Shown here piece after piece: positions 50,942 through 62,361 of a stretch of 64,000 bases of DNA (the stretch's first letter is position 1; each line of letters opens with the position of its first letter). A program made the position numbers and the translations under genes. The notes beneath the pieces are model-generated. The model saw only the letters and a list, made by a program, of their open reading frames with translations, did not search any database and had not been told where the DNA came from. Origin of the DNA: Gemmatimonas sp. (GTDB lineage: Bacteria > Gemmatimonadota > Gemmatimonadetes > Gemmatimonadales > Gemmatimonadaceae). The stretch spans positions 128,001 through 192,000 of the forward strand of contig OZ257156.1 in the NCBI GenBank assembly GCA_965279375.1. Direction: 5' to 3'.

Positions 50942-52336
50942 GTGACTGAGAGTTCGACCCTTATGCCTACTGACGCGAATGTGCCCGCGCCCGAGTCGCC
51001 CATGGCGGCCGCCCACCCGCCGTTCAGTTGGCGCACCGGCGACGTGGCGCGTGCAGCGCTTGTCGCGCTGGCCGTCTGGTTCGGCCTCCAGCTCTTCTGG
51101 GCGGTCAACTCGCTCGTCTTTCTGGTCTTTCTGGCGACGCTCTTCGGGCTCGCTGTGGCCAAGGGCGTGGACTACCTCGAGCGCTACAAGATCCGGCGCG
51201 GGATCGGCGCGGCGCTGATCGTCTTCGGGACCTTGGGCGTCATCGGCGGCGGACTGGCGATCACCGCGCCGACGCTCGTCGAGCAGGGGCGCGAGCTGCA
51301 GAACGAGTTCCCCGCCGCCGTGAAGCAGCTGCAGACATGGGTGGACTCCAAGCGGGGCGGTTTCTGGGGCTCCTTGCTCAAGGGCGCTGCAGGGCCGACC
51401 GCGGCCGCGCCAGCCACGGCAGCGCCAGCGACGAGCACCCCGACCGCTGCGGCCCCCGCAACCGGGTCGCCTGGCTTGGCCCCCGCGCCAATCGGGCAGC
51501 GCCCGGCGGGCGCGACGGCCGCAGCGCCCCAGTCCGACGTTATTGCGCAGAAGCTCACCGGTGCGCTGTCAGGCGCCAGCAAGTATCTGCTCTCGTTCGT
51601 ATCCAACACGCTCGCCGTTCTCGGGGCCTTCGTGTTCATCGTCTTCCTCGCCATCTACATCGGCGCGGAGCCCGAGGTCTATCGAGGCTGGCTGCTCTCC
51701 ACCGTACCCGCCGCGTCGCGCGCGCAGGTGCGTATCGTACTGCGCGAGGTCTCCACGGTCCTGCGCAAATGGCTGGTCACGCAGCTCATCGCCATGCTCG
51801 TCATCGGCGCGGCGAGCACGATCATCCTGTTGCTCCTTGGCGTGAAGGCGCCGTACGCGCTCGGCTTCATTGCAGGATTGCTCGAGTTCATCCCCACCGT
51901 AGGGCCGATTCTCAGTGCGGTGCCGGCGATCATCATGGGCTTCGTGGATTCGCCGGAGAAGGCGGCCACTGTGTTGGTGGCCTACTGGGGCATCCAGTTC
52001 GTCGAGAACAACCTGCTCATCCCGTTCCTGATGCGCGGCGAGATGGATCTGCCGCCGGCGATCACGCTGATCGCCCAGACGCTGATGACACTCGTCTTCG
52101 GCTTCGTTGGACTCATGGTGGCGGTGCCGCTGACGGCGGCGGTTCTCGTTCCGCTGCGCATGATCGCCGAGCGTGAGAACGAGCGCGAGCGGGATCTGCA
52201 CCGCGAGCGGAAGCTGGCCGCGCAGGCGCTCTCCGATGTCGAGAATCCCGATCAGGTGGTCTCTGACGCGGACAAGGGACCGGGGCCGTACAATCGGCTC
52301 CCTTCCACGACCGCCACACTCAAGAAGATCACATGA
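50942..52336 (+). CDS. AI-2E family transporter
   Basis: EFIPTVGP, QFVENNLLIP, GFVGLMVAVP; Ala/Pro-rich loop. Confidence 0.9.
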   Translation: MTESSTLMPTDANVPAPESPMAAAHPPFSWRTGDVARAALVALAVWFGLQLFWAVNSLVFLVFLATLFGLAVAKGVDYLERYKIRRGIGAALIVFGTLGVIGGGLAITAPTLVEQGRELQNEFPAAVKQLQTWVDSKRGGFWGSLLKGAAGPTAAAPATAAPATSTPTAAAPATGSPGLAPAPIGQRPAGATAAAPQSDVIAQKLTGALSGASKYLLSFVSNTLAVLGAFVFIVFLAIYIGAEPEVYRGWLLSTVPAASRAQVRIVLREVSTVLRKWLVTQLIAMLVIGAASTIILLLLGVKAPYALGFIAGLLEFIPTVGPILSAVPAIIMGFVDSPEKAATVLVAYWGIQFVENNLLIPFLMRGEMDLPPAITLIAQTLMTLVFGFVGLMVAVPLTAAVLVPLRMIAERENERERDLHRERKLAAQALSDVENPDQVVSDADKGPGPYNRLPSTTATLKKIT

Positions 52337-53133
52337 TCGCTCGTGTGAATGGGATCGATGTGGCCTACGACGACAAGGGCGGCGGTCTCCCCGTGGTCTT
52401 CGTGCACGGCTTCCCGCTCGATCGCATGCTCTGGGTACATCAACGCAGCGCGCTCTCGGCGCGCGTGCGGTGCATCGTCCCCGACCTGCGCGGCTTTGGC
52501 GAGTCAGGGGTCGATGGCCCGTACTCGATGGACCAGTATGCCGACGACCTGGTTGCGCTGCTCGATCATCTGGATATCGAGTCGGCGGCGATCTGCGGGC
52601 TCTCGATGGGTGGATACATCGCGATGGCGATGTGGCGACGACACGCCGCGCGGATTCGTGCGATGGTGCTCTGCGACACGCGCATGGGCGCAGACAGCGA
52701 CGCCGTGCGGGCCAAACGCGATACCATGATCGCTCTGACCGAGTCCGAAGGCGCCGCAGCGATCGCGAATGCGCAGATCGGTGGTCTGATCGGCGCGACC
52801 ACGCGACAGCGCTCCCCCGATGTGGAAGCGACCATTGAGGCGATGATGGCGCGTCAGCCGGTCGCGGGCATTGTGGGGGCGCTCGGCGCCCTGCGCGACA
52901 GACCGGACTCACGGGAGACCGTCCGGTCGATTAGCGTTCCCACGCTTGTGATCGTTGGCGACGAGGATACCGTGACGCCGCCCGCGGACGCACAGGCGAT
53001 GCTGGACGCACTCCCCGAGAGCGCCGCCGCGCGACTGCAGGTCATCGCCGGCGCCGGTCACGTGTCGTGTCTCGAGCGTCCAGCCGCCGTGACACACGCG
53101 CTCGCAGACTTTCTGGCCACCGTGCCCGTCTGA
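52333..53133 (+). CDS. Alpha/beta hydrolase (PcaD-like)
   Basis: HGFP, PDLRGFG, GLSMGG, GDED, AGH. Confidence 0.85.
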   Translation: MIARVNGIDVAYDDKGGGLPVVFVHGFPLDRMLWVHQRSALSARVRCIVPDLRGFGESGVDGPYSMDQYADDLVALLDHLDIESAAICGLSMGGYIAMAMWRRHAARIRAMVLCDTRMGADSDAVRAKRDTMIALTESEGAAAIANAQIGGLIGATTRQRSPDVEATIEAMMARQPVAGIVGALGALRDRPDSRETVRSISVPTLVIVGDEDTVTPPADAQAMLDALPESAAARLQVIAGAGHVSCLERPAAVTHALADFLATVPV

Positions 53134-53158
53134 GATTGCGCGACTCTACCCTGACCGC

Positions 53159-53773
53159 ATGCCCTCGATGACCGGGACTATCTCGGAGTCTGAACGTTCG
53201 TCTGCTGCCCGTATCGGGCAGGTGCTTTTCAAGAACCGTGGCTGGCTTCCTGTTCCGTTTCTGGCCGTGCCCCTGCTCGCGCCGGGCACGCAGACGGTGC
53301 AGACGTGGACCGTCGGTATCGCGCTGGTGCTGCTCGGCGAATTGATCCGCACGGCGGGCGTGGCGGCGGCAGGTACCGTCACGCGGCGCCGCTCGCGCGA
53401 TGTGCAACGCTTGGTCACCTACGGTGCGTTTGCCTGGTGCCGCAATCCGCTGTACGTCGGAAACTTCTTCGCGTGGATCGGCTTCACCGTCGCGTCGGGC
53501 GTGTTCTGGTTCGTGCCGGTGGCCATCGTCATCTTCGCGATCGAGTACACACTCATCGTGCGCTACGAAGAAGGCGTGCTCGAATCGATCTTCGGGCAGG
53601 AGTACCTCGACTACAAGCAGCGCACGCCGCGCTGGTTCGGCCGCCCGCCCGCGAATAGCACGCAGGGGCCGCACAACTGGGGCGAGGCCATCTGGAGCGA
53701 ACGCAGCACCTTTCTGCAGTACATCGCGCTCGGCGTCGCCTTCTGGCTCAAGGTGAAGTACTTCACGCACTGA
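53159..53773 (+). CDS. Isoprenylcysteine carboxyl methyltransferase / PEMT-family membrane methyltransferase
   Basis: LVTYGAFAWCRNPLYVG, YEE, FGQEYLDYKQRTPRW. Confidence 0.85.
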   Translation: MPSMTGTISESERSSAARIGQVLFKNRGWLPVPFLAVPLLAPGTQTVQTWTVGIALVLLGELIRTAGVAAAGTVTRRRSRDVQRLVTYGAFAWCRNPLYVGNFFAWIGFTVASGVFWFVPVAIVIFAIEYTLIVRYEEGVLESIFGQEYLDYKQRTPRWFGRPPANSTQGPHNWGEAIWSERSTFLQYIALGVAFWLKVKYFTH

Positions 53774-53795
53774 GCGCAGCAGCGGCCCACAAAGC

Positions 53796-53832
53796 AAACG
53801 CGCGAATCTTCCGGAGAAGATTCGCGCGTTTT
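53796..53832. terminator. Bidirectional terminator
   Basis: AAACGCGCGAATCTTC-CGGA-GAAGATTCGCGCGTTT between convergent genes. Confidence 0.8.
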
Positions 53833-53861
53833 GCCATGCAGAACTTGTGCGGGATGAACGA

Positions 53862-54125
53862 TTACCGCGTCGGGCGTCCCGGCGGCGTCGGTCCCTTGAA
53901 GACTTCCTTGTTCTTGCCGATGAAGCTCTTGAGCTGGACCGGCACATCTTCCTCGGGGAAGATTGCCGTGACCGGGCACTCAGGCTCACAGGCGCCGCAA
54001 TCGATGCACTCGTCGGGGTGGATGTAGAGCTGATCCTCACCCTCGTAGATGCAATCGACCGGGCACACGTCGACGCACGACTTGTCCTTGACGGAAATGC
54101 AGGCTTCGGTGATGACGTATGGCAT
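53862..54125 (-). CDS. Ferredoxin (FdxA-like dicluster)
   Basis: [17 protein letters not shown] and [12 protein letters not shown]. Confidence 0.92.
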   Translation of the reverse strand: MPYVITEACISVKDKSCVDVCPVDCIYEGEDQLYIHPDECIDCGACEPECPVTAIFPEEDVPVQLKSFIGKNKEVFKGPTPPGRPTR

Positions 54126-54256
54126 GGCGGGGTATCTCGAGTCGGGCGCGCCCCGAACGGCCGGGGCTGTGTGAAGGACGGAAATTAGGGTGGGGTAGAC
54201 GGAGCTACAAGGCGCAACGATGCGTGGAAGCGCTCATCGCGCAGATGAGAAAATTC

Positions 54257-54559
54257 TCACCGCCAAGGCGGCAATTCGCCGCGCTTGAGCTCCGGATTGT
54301 GGCGATACACGGTGAACGTACGGCCGATCACCTGCACCACCTCAGCCGACGCGGCTTCAGCAACCATATTCGCCGCCTCCTTGGCGCTCAGCTCTCCCGC
54401 CTTCGCCACCTGCAGCTTCACCAGCTCATGCGTGCGCAGCACGTCCTCGAGGCTCGCCAGAATGGCCGGCGTGACGCCCTGATGCCCCACGTGGACCTTC
54501 ACGTCGAGATGATGTGCTTCAGCGCGCAGGGCGGCGCGTTCCTTCCCGGTCATGGACAT
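54257..54559 (-). CDS. yhbY: YhbY/CRM-domain RNA-binding protein
   Basis: TGKERAALRAEAHHL, HELVK, VQVIGR. Confidence 0.85.
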   Translation of the reverse strand: MSMTGKERAALRAEAHHLDVKVHVGHQGVTPAILASLEDVLRTHELVKLQVAKAGELSAKEAANMVAEAASAEVVQVIGRTFTVYRHNPELKRGELPPWR

Positions 54560-54611
54560 GCAAGGCTCACTGATGCTGGTGCGGACGCCCTCGCGGAGTC
54601 TCGGTCTGGAC

Positions 54612-55265
54612 TCAGAGCCGGTAGCCGTCGAGCGCAAAGAAGAAGATTGGGTTGATCGGCGGGCCGTCCCACCACGCGCGGCCCACCCCGCGCTTCATCA
54701 CCTGAAAGTGCAGGTGCGGCGCGTCCGGTGGTGCGTTCCCCGTCGTGCCAACGTAGCCAATGACCGTTCCCTTCGCGACCCGATCGCCCACCGCGAGCCC
54801 GGGTCGGTAGCGCTCGAGATGCGCGTAGTAGTAGACGAATCGGCCGTCGATGTCGGTCGCGTAGATGACGATGCCGCCGATCGGTCCGCTGAACATGCGG
54901 CCGATCACGCAATCGTCGGCGGCCAGCACGGCGGTGAAACGCGGCGCCATCAGGTCGAGCGCACCGTGTATCCGACCGCCTGCACGCCCCGCCTCATACG
55001 TGTTCTTCACCGCGCGCCGATCCATCCCCTCCACTGGCACCATGAGCTGTCGCTGCCAGAGCAGGTCGAGATCCGCATCGGTCACGAGCGAGTCGCGAGC
55101 GCCCGAGTACGACGGGCGCGCGCCGACTGCGATGACCTCGGGTACGACGGGCGCCGGTATCGGGCGCGGCGCTTCGATGGGAGGCGCACCGGGCGCGCCA
55201 TGACGGCACGCCGCCAACGACAGCGACAGAGCGATCGTCAGCGCTACGCGGAGTCGCGTGATCAG
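54612..55265 (-). CDS. M23-family peptidase lipoprotein
   Basis: HGALD, YAHL, HLHF; lipoprotein signal ITRLRVALTIALSLSLAAC whose only nearby initiator is CTG 55265. Confidence 0.8.
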   Translation of the reverse strand: MITRLRVALTIALSLSLAACRHGAPGAPPIEAPRPIPAPVVPEVIAVGARPSYSGARDSLVTDADLDLLWQRQLMVPVEGMDRRAVKNTYEAGRAGGRIHGALDLMAPRFTAVLAADDCVIGRMFSGPIGGIVIYATDIDGRFVYYYAHLERYRPGLAVGDRVAKGTVIGYVGTTGNAPPDAPHLHFQVMKRGVGRAWWDGPPINPIFFFALDGYRL

Positions 55266-55675
55266 CCCTTCACCACTTCCGGACGGAAGTACGGCTCGAG
55301 AAAACGCAGCAAGTCGTCGATGGTGCGCACGCCAGACTTCAGCTCATCGAGCTCATGCGCCCGCGGCAGGCGCGCGCCGGCACGATCCGCGATCACGAGC
55401 ACGGCGTCTTCGAGGTCCAGTCCGCCCAAGCCGAACACGCGCTCCAGATCGTCGCCCGGCGCCACGCGATAGTGCGGTTCGACGACACCGTGACGTTCGG
55501 CGAGATAGTGGTAGGTCTGCTCGAGGAGGATTTCGGGGTACCGGCCGCGCGTGCTGTCGCGGAACCGGGAAAGCCCATCCCGCTCGATCGAGCGGAGATT
55601 CAACGATCGCGCGCGCAAGAGCGCGGCCAACCCGATGAGCAACACGACGGCGGCTACAACTACGGACAGTCGCAC
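55262..55675 (-). CDS. Hypothetical membrane-anchored protein with an ACP-like C-terminus
   Basis: N-terminal TM; DDLERVFGLGGLDLED…VRTIDDLL; GGAGG upstream of GTG 55675. Confidence 0.55.
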   Translation of the reverse strand: MRLSVVVAAVVLLIGLAALLRARSLNLRSIERDGLSRFRDSTRGRYPEILLEQTYHYLAERHGVVEPHYRVAPGDDLERVFGLGGLDLEDAVLVIADRAGARLPRAHELDELKSGVRTIDDLLRFLEPYFRPEVVKG

Positions 55676-55910
55676 GGCGGGTCTCGCCTCCGAATGGGAG
55701 ACAGGGGGAAAATGGCCGTCGGCGTGAGGTGCCAAACGGGCTGGACAAGCATGCGCAATCGCACTGGCACTAAGCAAGCATCGCGATCGCGACGCCGCAA
55801 TTCACTTAACGTCAAAACGCCCGATATCGTTGGTGATATTTCTCACCGCAACGCGACGTTCGATCGAAACGGCGGGGACTGCCGAAAGACTTGAGAACGC
55901 GCTTGAATTC

Positions 55911-55953
55911 GTCAACGGTTTCGTTGACGTAGTCGTCAATGCCGATCTATATT
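55911..55953 (+). promoter_or_regulatory. suf operon promoter with a SufR-type operator
   Basis: GTCAACG-GTTT-CGTTGAC (contains CAAC-N6-GTTG) overlapping TTGACG-N18-TATATT; second palindrome TTGACG-TAGT-CGTCAA. Confidence 0.65.
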
Positions 55954-55959
55954 GTCCCG

Positions 55960-56661
55960 ATGCAGGATGTCATCGGGGCACTCGGGGGATTTCGCGGCGT
56001 TCGAGCCGATTTGCTGGTCGCGCTGAAGAAAGCGCAGCCGCTGACGGCGCACGAGCTGGGAGATCGTTTCGGACTCACTGCCAATGCGTTGCGCCGTCAC
56101 CTCAAGGCGCTCGAGGAGGACGGGTTGGTGCGTTTCCGGCGCGAAGTACGCGGGGTGGGTGCGCCGGTCTACACCTTCTCGCTGACGGCGGCGGGCGAGG
56201 CGCTGTTCCCGCGCAGCTATGTCTCGGTGCTGTCCACCGCGCTCGACGCATTGCGCGAGCAACGTGGTGACGACGCCGTCACGCGCGTGCTGGAAGCCGA
56301 GTGGGACAAGCTGGCCGAAGAAGCGGGACCGGTGTTGCGTGCGCTGCCGTTATCGGAGCGCGTTGCGTTGGTGGCGGAGCTGTTGACCGCCAAGGGCTAC
56401 ATGGCGGAGTCGATCGTGCAATCCGTGGAGGGCGAGTCGGAGACGACGACGCTGCGCATTCACAACTGCGCGGTGCGTGAGATCGCCGAACGTTTTCCTG
56501 AAGCGTGTGACGTGGAAGCGAAGTTCGTGGAGAAGCTGCTCGGCGTGCCACTGGTGCGCGGGCAACATCGCCGAGATGGGTGTGGGCGATGTGAATACGG
56601 CGTTGTGAGCGCGGTGGTCGCGGGCACAGCAAACATGGCGTGGGAACAGGAGCAGGCATGA
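55960..56661 (+). CDS. sufR: SufR-like HTH Fe-S transcriptional regulator
   Basis: [16 protein letters not shown]…LT, HNC…AC…C; first gene of the suf operon. Confidence 0.75.
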   Translation: MQDVIGALGGFRGVRADLLVALKKAQPLTAHELGDRFGLTANALRRHLKALEEDGLVRFRREVRGVGAPVYTFSLTAAGEALFPRSYVSVLSTALDALREQRGDDAVTRVLEAEWDKLAEEAGPVLRALPLSERVALVAELLTAKGYMAESIVQSVEGESETTTLRIHNCAVREIAERFPEACDVEAKFVEKLLGVPLVRGQHRRDGCGRCEYGVVSAVVAGTANMAWEQEQA

Positions 56662-58091
56662 GTTCGACCATCGACGCGCTCGTCAACCGCGAGTACCAGT
56701 ACGGCTTCTCGACGGACATCGAAGCCGACACGTTGCCGCCCGGTCTGTCCGAAGACACGGTGCGCTTCATCTCCGCGAAGAAGGGTGAGCCGCAGTGGCT
56801 GCTCGACTGGCGCTTGAAGGCGTTCCGTCGCTGGCTGACGATGACCGAGCCGCACTGGGCCAACGTGCAGTATCCCCCCATCGATTATCAGGCGGCCAGC
56901 TACTACTCGGCACCCAAGTCGGTGAAGGCGCTCGCGTCGCTCGACGAAGTGGATCCGGCGCTGCTCGAGACGTACGCCAAGCTTGGCATTTCCCTCACCG
57001 AGCAGAAGCGACTGAACAACGTGGCCGTGGACGCCGTGTTCGATTCGGTGTCGGTGGGCACGACGTACAAGGAAGAGCTGAGCAAGCACGGCATCGTGTT
57101 CATGTCCTTCGGCGAAGCGGTGCGCGAGCATCCGGAGCTGGTCCAGAAGTATCTGGGCTCGGTGGTGCCGTACAGCGACAACTTCTTCGCGGCGCTCAAC
57201 AGCGCGGTCTTCTCCGATGGTTCGTTCTGCTACATCCCCAAGGGGGTGAAGTGTCCGATGGAGCTGTCGACGTACTTCCGCATCAATGCAGCGGAGACGG
57301 GACAGTTCGAGCGCACGCTGATCGTGGCGGATGAAGGATCGCAGGTGAGCTACCTGGAAGGGTGCACCGCGCCCAAGCGCGACACCAACCAGCTGCATGC
57401 CGCCGTCGTGGAGATCATCGCCCTCGACAACGCGACAGTGAAGTACAGCACCGTGCAGAACTGGTACGCCGGCGACGAGCATGGCGTGGGCGGCATCTAC
57501 AACTTCGTCACGAAGCGTGCGAAGGCGATGACCAACGCCAAGGTATCGTGGACGCAGGTGGAGACCGGCTCGGCGATCACGTGGAAGTACCCGAGCGTGA
57601 TTCTGCAGGGCGACAACAGCGTGGGCGAGTTCTACTCGGTCGCGGTGGCCAGCAAGCGTCAGCAGGCCGATACGGGCACCAAGATGATCCACATCGGCCG
57701 CAACACGAAGTCGACGATCGTCTCGAAGGGCATTTCCGCGATGCAGGGACAGAACAGCTATCGCGGCAAGGTGCAGATCCTCCCGAAGGCGGAGGGCGCG
57801 CGCAACTACACGCAGTGCGACTCCATGCTGGTGGGCAACGCCTGCGGTGCGCACACGTTCCCGTACGTGGAAGTGGGCAACAACAGCGCGACGCTCGAGC
57901 ACGAAGCGAGCACGAGCAAGATCGGCGAAGACCAGATCTTCTACCTCAAGGCGCGCGGGCTCGACGCTGAACAGGCCGTGTCCATGATCGTGAGTGGGTT
58001 CTGCAAGGAAGTGTTCAAGGAGTTGCCGATGGAGTTTGCGCTCGAAGCGCAGCAGCTCCTCGGCATCACGCTCGAAGGCTCGGTCGGCTGA
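56658..58091 (+). CDS. sufB: Fe-S cluster assembly protein SufB
   Basis: [40 protein letters not shown]. Confidence 0.97.
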   Translation: MSSTIDALVNREYQYGFSTDIEADTLPPGLSEDTVRFISAKKGEPQWLLDWRLKAFRRWLTMTEPHWANVQYPPIDYQAASYYSAPKSVKALASLDEVDPALLETYAKLGISLTEQKRLNNVAVDAVFDSVSVGTTYKEELSKHGIVFMSFGEAVREHPELVQKYLGSVVPYSDNFFAALNSAVFSDGSFCYIPKGVKCPMELSTYFRINAAETGQFERTLIVADEGSQVSYLEGCTAPKRDTNQLHAAVVEIIALDNATVKYSTVQNWYAGDEHGVGGIYNFVTKRAKAMTNAKVSWTQVETGSAITWKYPSVILQGDNSVGEFYSVAVASKRQQADTGTKMIHIGRNTKSTIVSKGISAMQGQNSYRGKVQILPKAEGARNYTQCDSMLVGNACGAHTFPYVEVGNNSATLEHEASTSKIGEDQIFYLKARGLDAEQAVSMIVSGFCKEVFKELPMEFALEAQQLLGITLEGSVG

Positions 58092-58093
58092 TC

Positions 58094-58890
<797 letters not shown>

Positions 58891-58894
<4 letters not shown>

Positions 58895-60234
58895 GCACTG
58901 CCGTGAGCACCGCCGAGCGTACGGCGGCTGCATCGCCGTATGCGGAGCTGGCGAACGCATCTGCGTCGCAGGATGCGCCGACTGTATTGCAGGCGCTGCG
59001 CAGCGCGGGGGCGGAGGCGTTTGCGCGCCTCGGGTTCCCGAGCACGCGCAGCGAGGACTGGGCGTACACCAACGTGTCGGCGATCGCCTCGGCGAGCTTC
59101 GTGCCGGCCGCCCAACGGGCGCCGTCCGCGTTCCGTGACGCGTCGCATCTGGAAGAGTTTTCGTTCGGCAGCGCGTGGCCGATGCTCGTCTTTCTCGACG
59201 GCCACTTCATTCCGACGCTCTCGTCGCATGAGGCACTCCCCGAAGGCGTGCGCGTGATGACGTTGGCGCAGGCCGCCGTCAACGAGCCCGAGTTGCTGCA
59301 GAAGCATCTGGGAAGCGCGGCCGCGGCCGATCGCGATGGATTCACCGCGCTCAACGCGGCGTTCACCGGCGAAGGCGCGCTCATTCACGTGGGCAAGGAG
59401 ATGGTGACCGACACGCCGGTCCATCTGCTGCATTTGACCACGGCCGACGGCGCGGGCGTGATGTCGCACCCGCGGCACGTGATTGTGGTGGAGCGGCACG
59501 CCAAGGCGAGCGTGGTGGAGAGCTACGTGTCGCTGGCCGACGTGTCGTATTTCACGAACACGGTGACTGAAGTGGTGCTGGAAGACGGCGCCACGCTGCA
59601 TCACGTGCGTGTGCAGCGCGAGGCGCTGTCGGCGTTTCATGTGGGCACGATCGAAGCGCGTCAGGGGCGCGACAGCCACTTCCTGCAGTTCTCGTTTCAG
59701 ACCGGCGGCCAGCTCTCGCGCTCGAACGTGTACACGGTGCTCAACGGCGAAGGGTGCGGCACGACGCTCAACGGCATCTACATGCTCGATGGCGCGCAGC
59801 ACGGCGATCATCAGACGCGAGTTGAGCATGTGGCGCCCAACTGCTTCAGCCGCGAGATGTACAAGGGGCTGCTCGACGGCCAGTCGCACGGCGTGTTCAA
59901 CGGCAAGGTGTACGTGCACCCCGAAGCGCAGAAGACCGACGGCAAGCAGACCAACAACACGCTGCTGCTCTCGCCGGACGCGCAGATCGATACCAAGCCG
60001 CAGCTCGAGATTTTCGCGGACGACGTGAAGTGCACGCACGGCGCAACCGTGGGCCGCATGGATGAAACGTCGCTCTTCTATCTCAAGAGCCGTGGCGTGG
60101 GTAGCGTGCTGGCCAAGCAGCTGTTGATGTACGCCTTTGCGGCGGACGTGATCGAGACCATCGACAACGACGCGGTGAAGGAAGGGTTGGAAGAGATGAC
60201 GTTGGCGCGGTTCACCGGCATCACGCAGCACTGA
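58891..60234 (+). CDS. sufD: Fe-S cluster assembly protein SufD
   Basis: EDWAYT, PQLEIFADDVKCTHGATVG, FYLKSRG. Confidence 0.95.
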
Positions 60235-60242
60235 GCCGCCCC

Positions 60243-60695
60243 ATGTCCGATCTGCAGGAGCTGTATCAGTCCGTCATCCTGGATCACAACCGCAAGCCGC
60301 GGAATTTCGGCGAGCTTGCGGCGGCGAACCACACGGCGGACGGCAAGAATCCGCTGTGTGGTGATCAGGTGACGGTCTCGCTGGTGCTCGACGGCGATGT
60401 CATCAGCGATGTGAAGTTCACCGGTCACGGCTGCGCTATTTCCAAGGCGTCGGCGTCATTGATGACGGCGGCGGTGAAGGGGAAGTCGCGCGCAGATGCG
60501 GAAGCGCTGTTCGAGCGCTTTCACGCGCTGGTGTTGGGGCAGGATCCGGAGGGCGGCAAGACGCTCGGCCAGCTCGTGGTCTTCTCGGGCGTGTCGCGTT
60601 TCCCGGTGCGCGTGAAGTGCGCGTCGCTGGCATGGCACACGCTCAAGGCCGCGCTCGAGAGCGACGAGTCGGCGCCGGTCGTGACGACCGAGTGA
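60243..60695 (+). CDS. sufU: SufU (NifU-family) sulfur transfer protein
   Basis: LYQSVILDH, NPLCGD, GCAISKASAS, RVKCA. Confidence 0.93.
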   Translation: MSDLQELYQSVILDHNRKPRNFGELAAANHTADGKNPLCGDQVTVSLVLDGDVISDVKFTGHGCAISKASASLMTAAVKGKSRADAEALFERFHALVLGQDPEGGKTLGQLVVFSGVSRFPVRVKCASLAWHTLKAALESDESAPVVTTE

Positions 60696-60727
60696 TGCAC
60701 GCGTGATGAGCATGTGATGAGCAAGAG

Positions 60728-61060
60728 ATGAGCGACTCGTTGCAACGGGCGGCGCTGGTGTCGGAGATCGAGGAAGGATTGCCGCTGGCGGTGACGTTGG
60801 CAGATGGTGCCCGCATCTGTCTCGTGCGCGATGGGGACGCCGTCTACGCCATGGCGGATCGGTGCCCGCATCGGGATTTCGCGCTGTCCGGTGGTGATGT
60901 CGTGGAGCCGTGCGTCATCGAGTGTCCGTGGCACGGTGCGCGCTTCGATGTGCGCACCGGAGAGGTGCTGCAAGGGCCATCCACCGATCCCCTGTGGACG
61001 TATCCCGTGCAGATCGTCGATGGCAGCGTGTGGGTGAACGTGGTGCGCGCCTCGTCGTGA
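60728..61060 (+). CDS. Rieske-type ferredoxin
   Basis: CPH…CPWHGARFD. Confidence 0.9.
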   Translation: MSDSLQRAALVSEIEEGLPLAVTLADGARICLVRDGDAVYAMADRCPHRDFALSGGDVVEPCVIECPWHGARFDVRTGEVLQGPSTDPLWTYPVQIVDGSVWVNVVRASS

Positions 61061-61125
61061 CGCCGCAATGGCGCCGCAGGAAGCGCGGTTGATGTTTCGT
61101 TGATTCGTCGTCTCAGTCCCAGCGA

Positions 61126-62361
61126 GTGTCTCGCATGAGTTCTCTGTCGCCGTTGGCGCCACGCGCCGATTTCCCGCTCCTCGCCGCGCATCCCGAGCTG
61201 CACTACCTCGATTCCGCGGCCACGTCGCAGAAGCCCAAGGCGGTGCTCGACGCCATCAGCGGTTTCTACGAGACGGCCAACGCCAATCCGCACCGCGGCG
61301 CCTATGCGCTGTCGGCGCGCGCGACCGATGCGTACCACGATGCGCGCGCAACGGTGGCCCGTTTTCTTGGCGCGTCGGATTCCGACTGCCTGATCTTCAC
61401 GCGCGGTACGACGGAGTCGGTGAATCTAGTGGCCTCCTCGTGGGGCGGTGCCAACGTGCACGCCGGCGACGAGATTGTGATCACCGCACTCGAGCATCAT
61501 GCGAACTTCGTGACCTGGCAGCAGCTCGCCAAGCGCACCGGCGCGATGCTCCGCATCGTGGAGCTGACGCCGCATCAGGAAATCGACCTCGATCAGCTGC
61601 GCGCCGTGGTGAACGCGAAGACCAAGCTCGTCGCCATCACGCACGTATCGAATGCCGTGGGCGCGATCACGCCGCTGCAGACGGTGGTGGAGATCGTGCG
61701 CGGTCACTCGAGTGCCGTGTTGTTCGTCGACGGTGCACAGGGCGCGCCACATCTGCCGGTGGCGTTCGACACGATGGACATCGACTTCTACGCGTTCAGC
61801 GGGCACAAGATGCTGGGCCCCATGGGCATCGGCGGGCTGATCGGTCGTCGCGCGCTGCTGGAGGCGATGCCGCCGTTTCTCTTTGGCGGCGACATGATCG
61901 AGTGGGTGCACGACTTCGACAGCACCTGGAATGTGTTGCCGCACAAGTTCGAGGCGGGCACGCCGAACGCGGCGGACGCGGTGGGGCTCGCCGCGGCCGT
62001 GCGCTATCTCAGCGCACTCGACATGACCAAGGTACGCGCGCACGAAGTCGCGCTGCTCGAGGCCGCGGCGGCCCAACTGCGCGATCTTCCCGGCTGCACC
62101 ATTTATGGGCCGGTGCCCGAGCGTCGCAGCGGTGTAATCAGCTTCTCGCTGGACGATGTGCATCCTCATGACCTCGCGACCATTCTCGATGAACACGGCG
62201 TGTGCGTGCGCGCCGGCCACCACTGTGCGCAACCGCTGATGCGTCGCCTGGGCGTGAGTGCGACGGCGCGTGCCTCGTTCTACGTGTACAGCGAGCAGAC
62301 CGATGTGGATGCGCTCTGTTCGGCGCTGGCGTCGGCACAACGCCTGTTCGCCAGCGCGTGA
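61126..62361 (+). CDS. sufS: Cysteine desulfurase SufS
   Basis: YLDSAATSQKP, EHHAN, FSGHKM, RAGHHCA. Confidence 0.95.
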   Translation: MSRMSSLSPLAPRADFPLLAAHPELHYLDSAATSQKPKAVLDAISGFYETANANPHRGAYALSARATDAYHDARATVARFLGASDSDCLIFTRGTTESVNLVASSWGGANVHAGDEIVITALEHHANFVTWQQLAKRTGAMLRIVELTPHQEIDLDQLRAVVNAKTKLVAITHVSNAVGAITPLQTVVEIVRGHSSAVLFVDGAQGAPHLPVAFDTMDIDFYAFSGHKMLGPMGIGGLIGRRALLEAMPPFLFGGDMIEWVHDFDSTWNVLPHKFEAGTPNAADAVGLAAAVRYLSALDMTKVRAHEVALLEAAAAQLRDLPGCTIYGPVPERRSGVISFSLDDVHPHDLATILDEHGVCVRAGHHCAQPLMRRLGVSATARASFYVYSEQTDVDALCSALASAQRLFASA

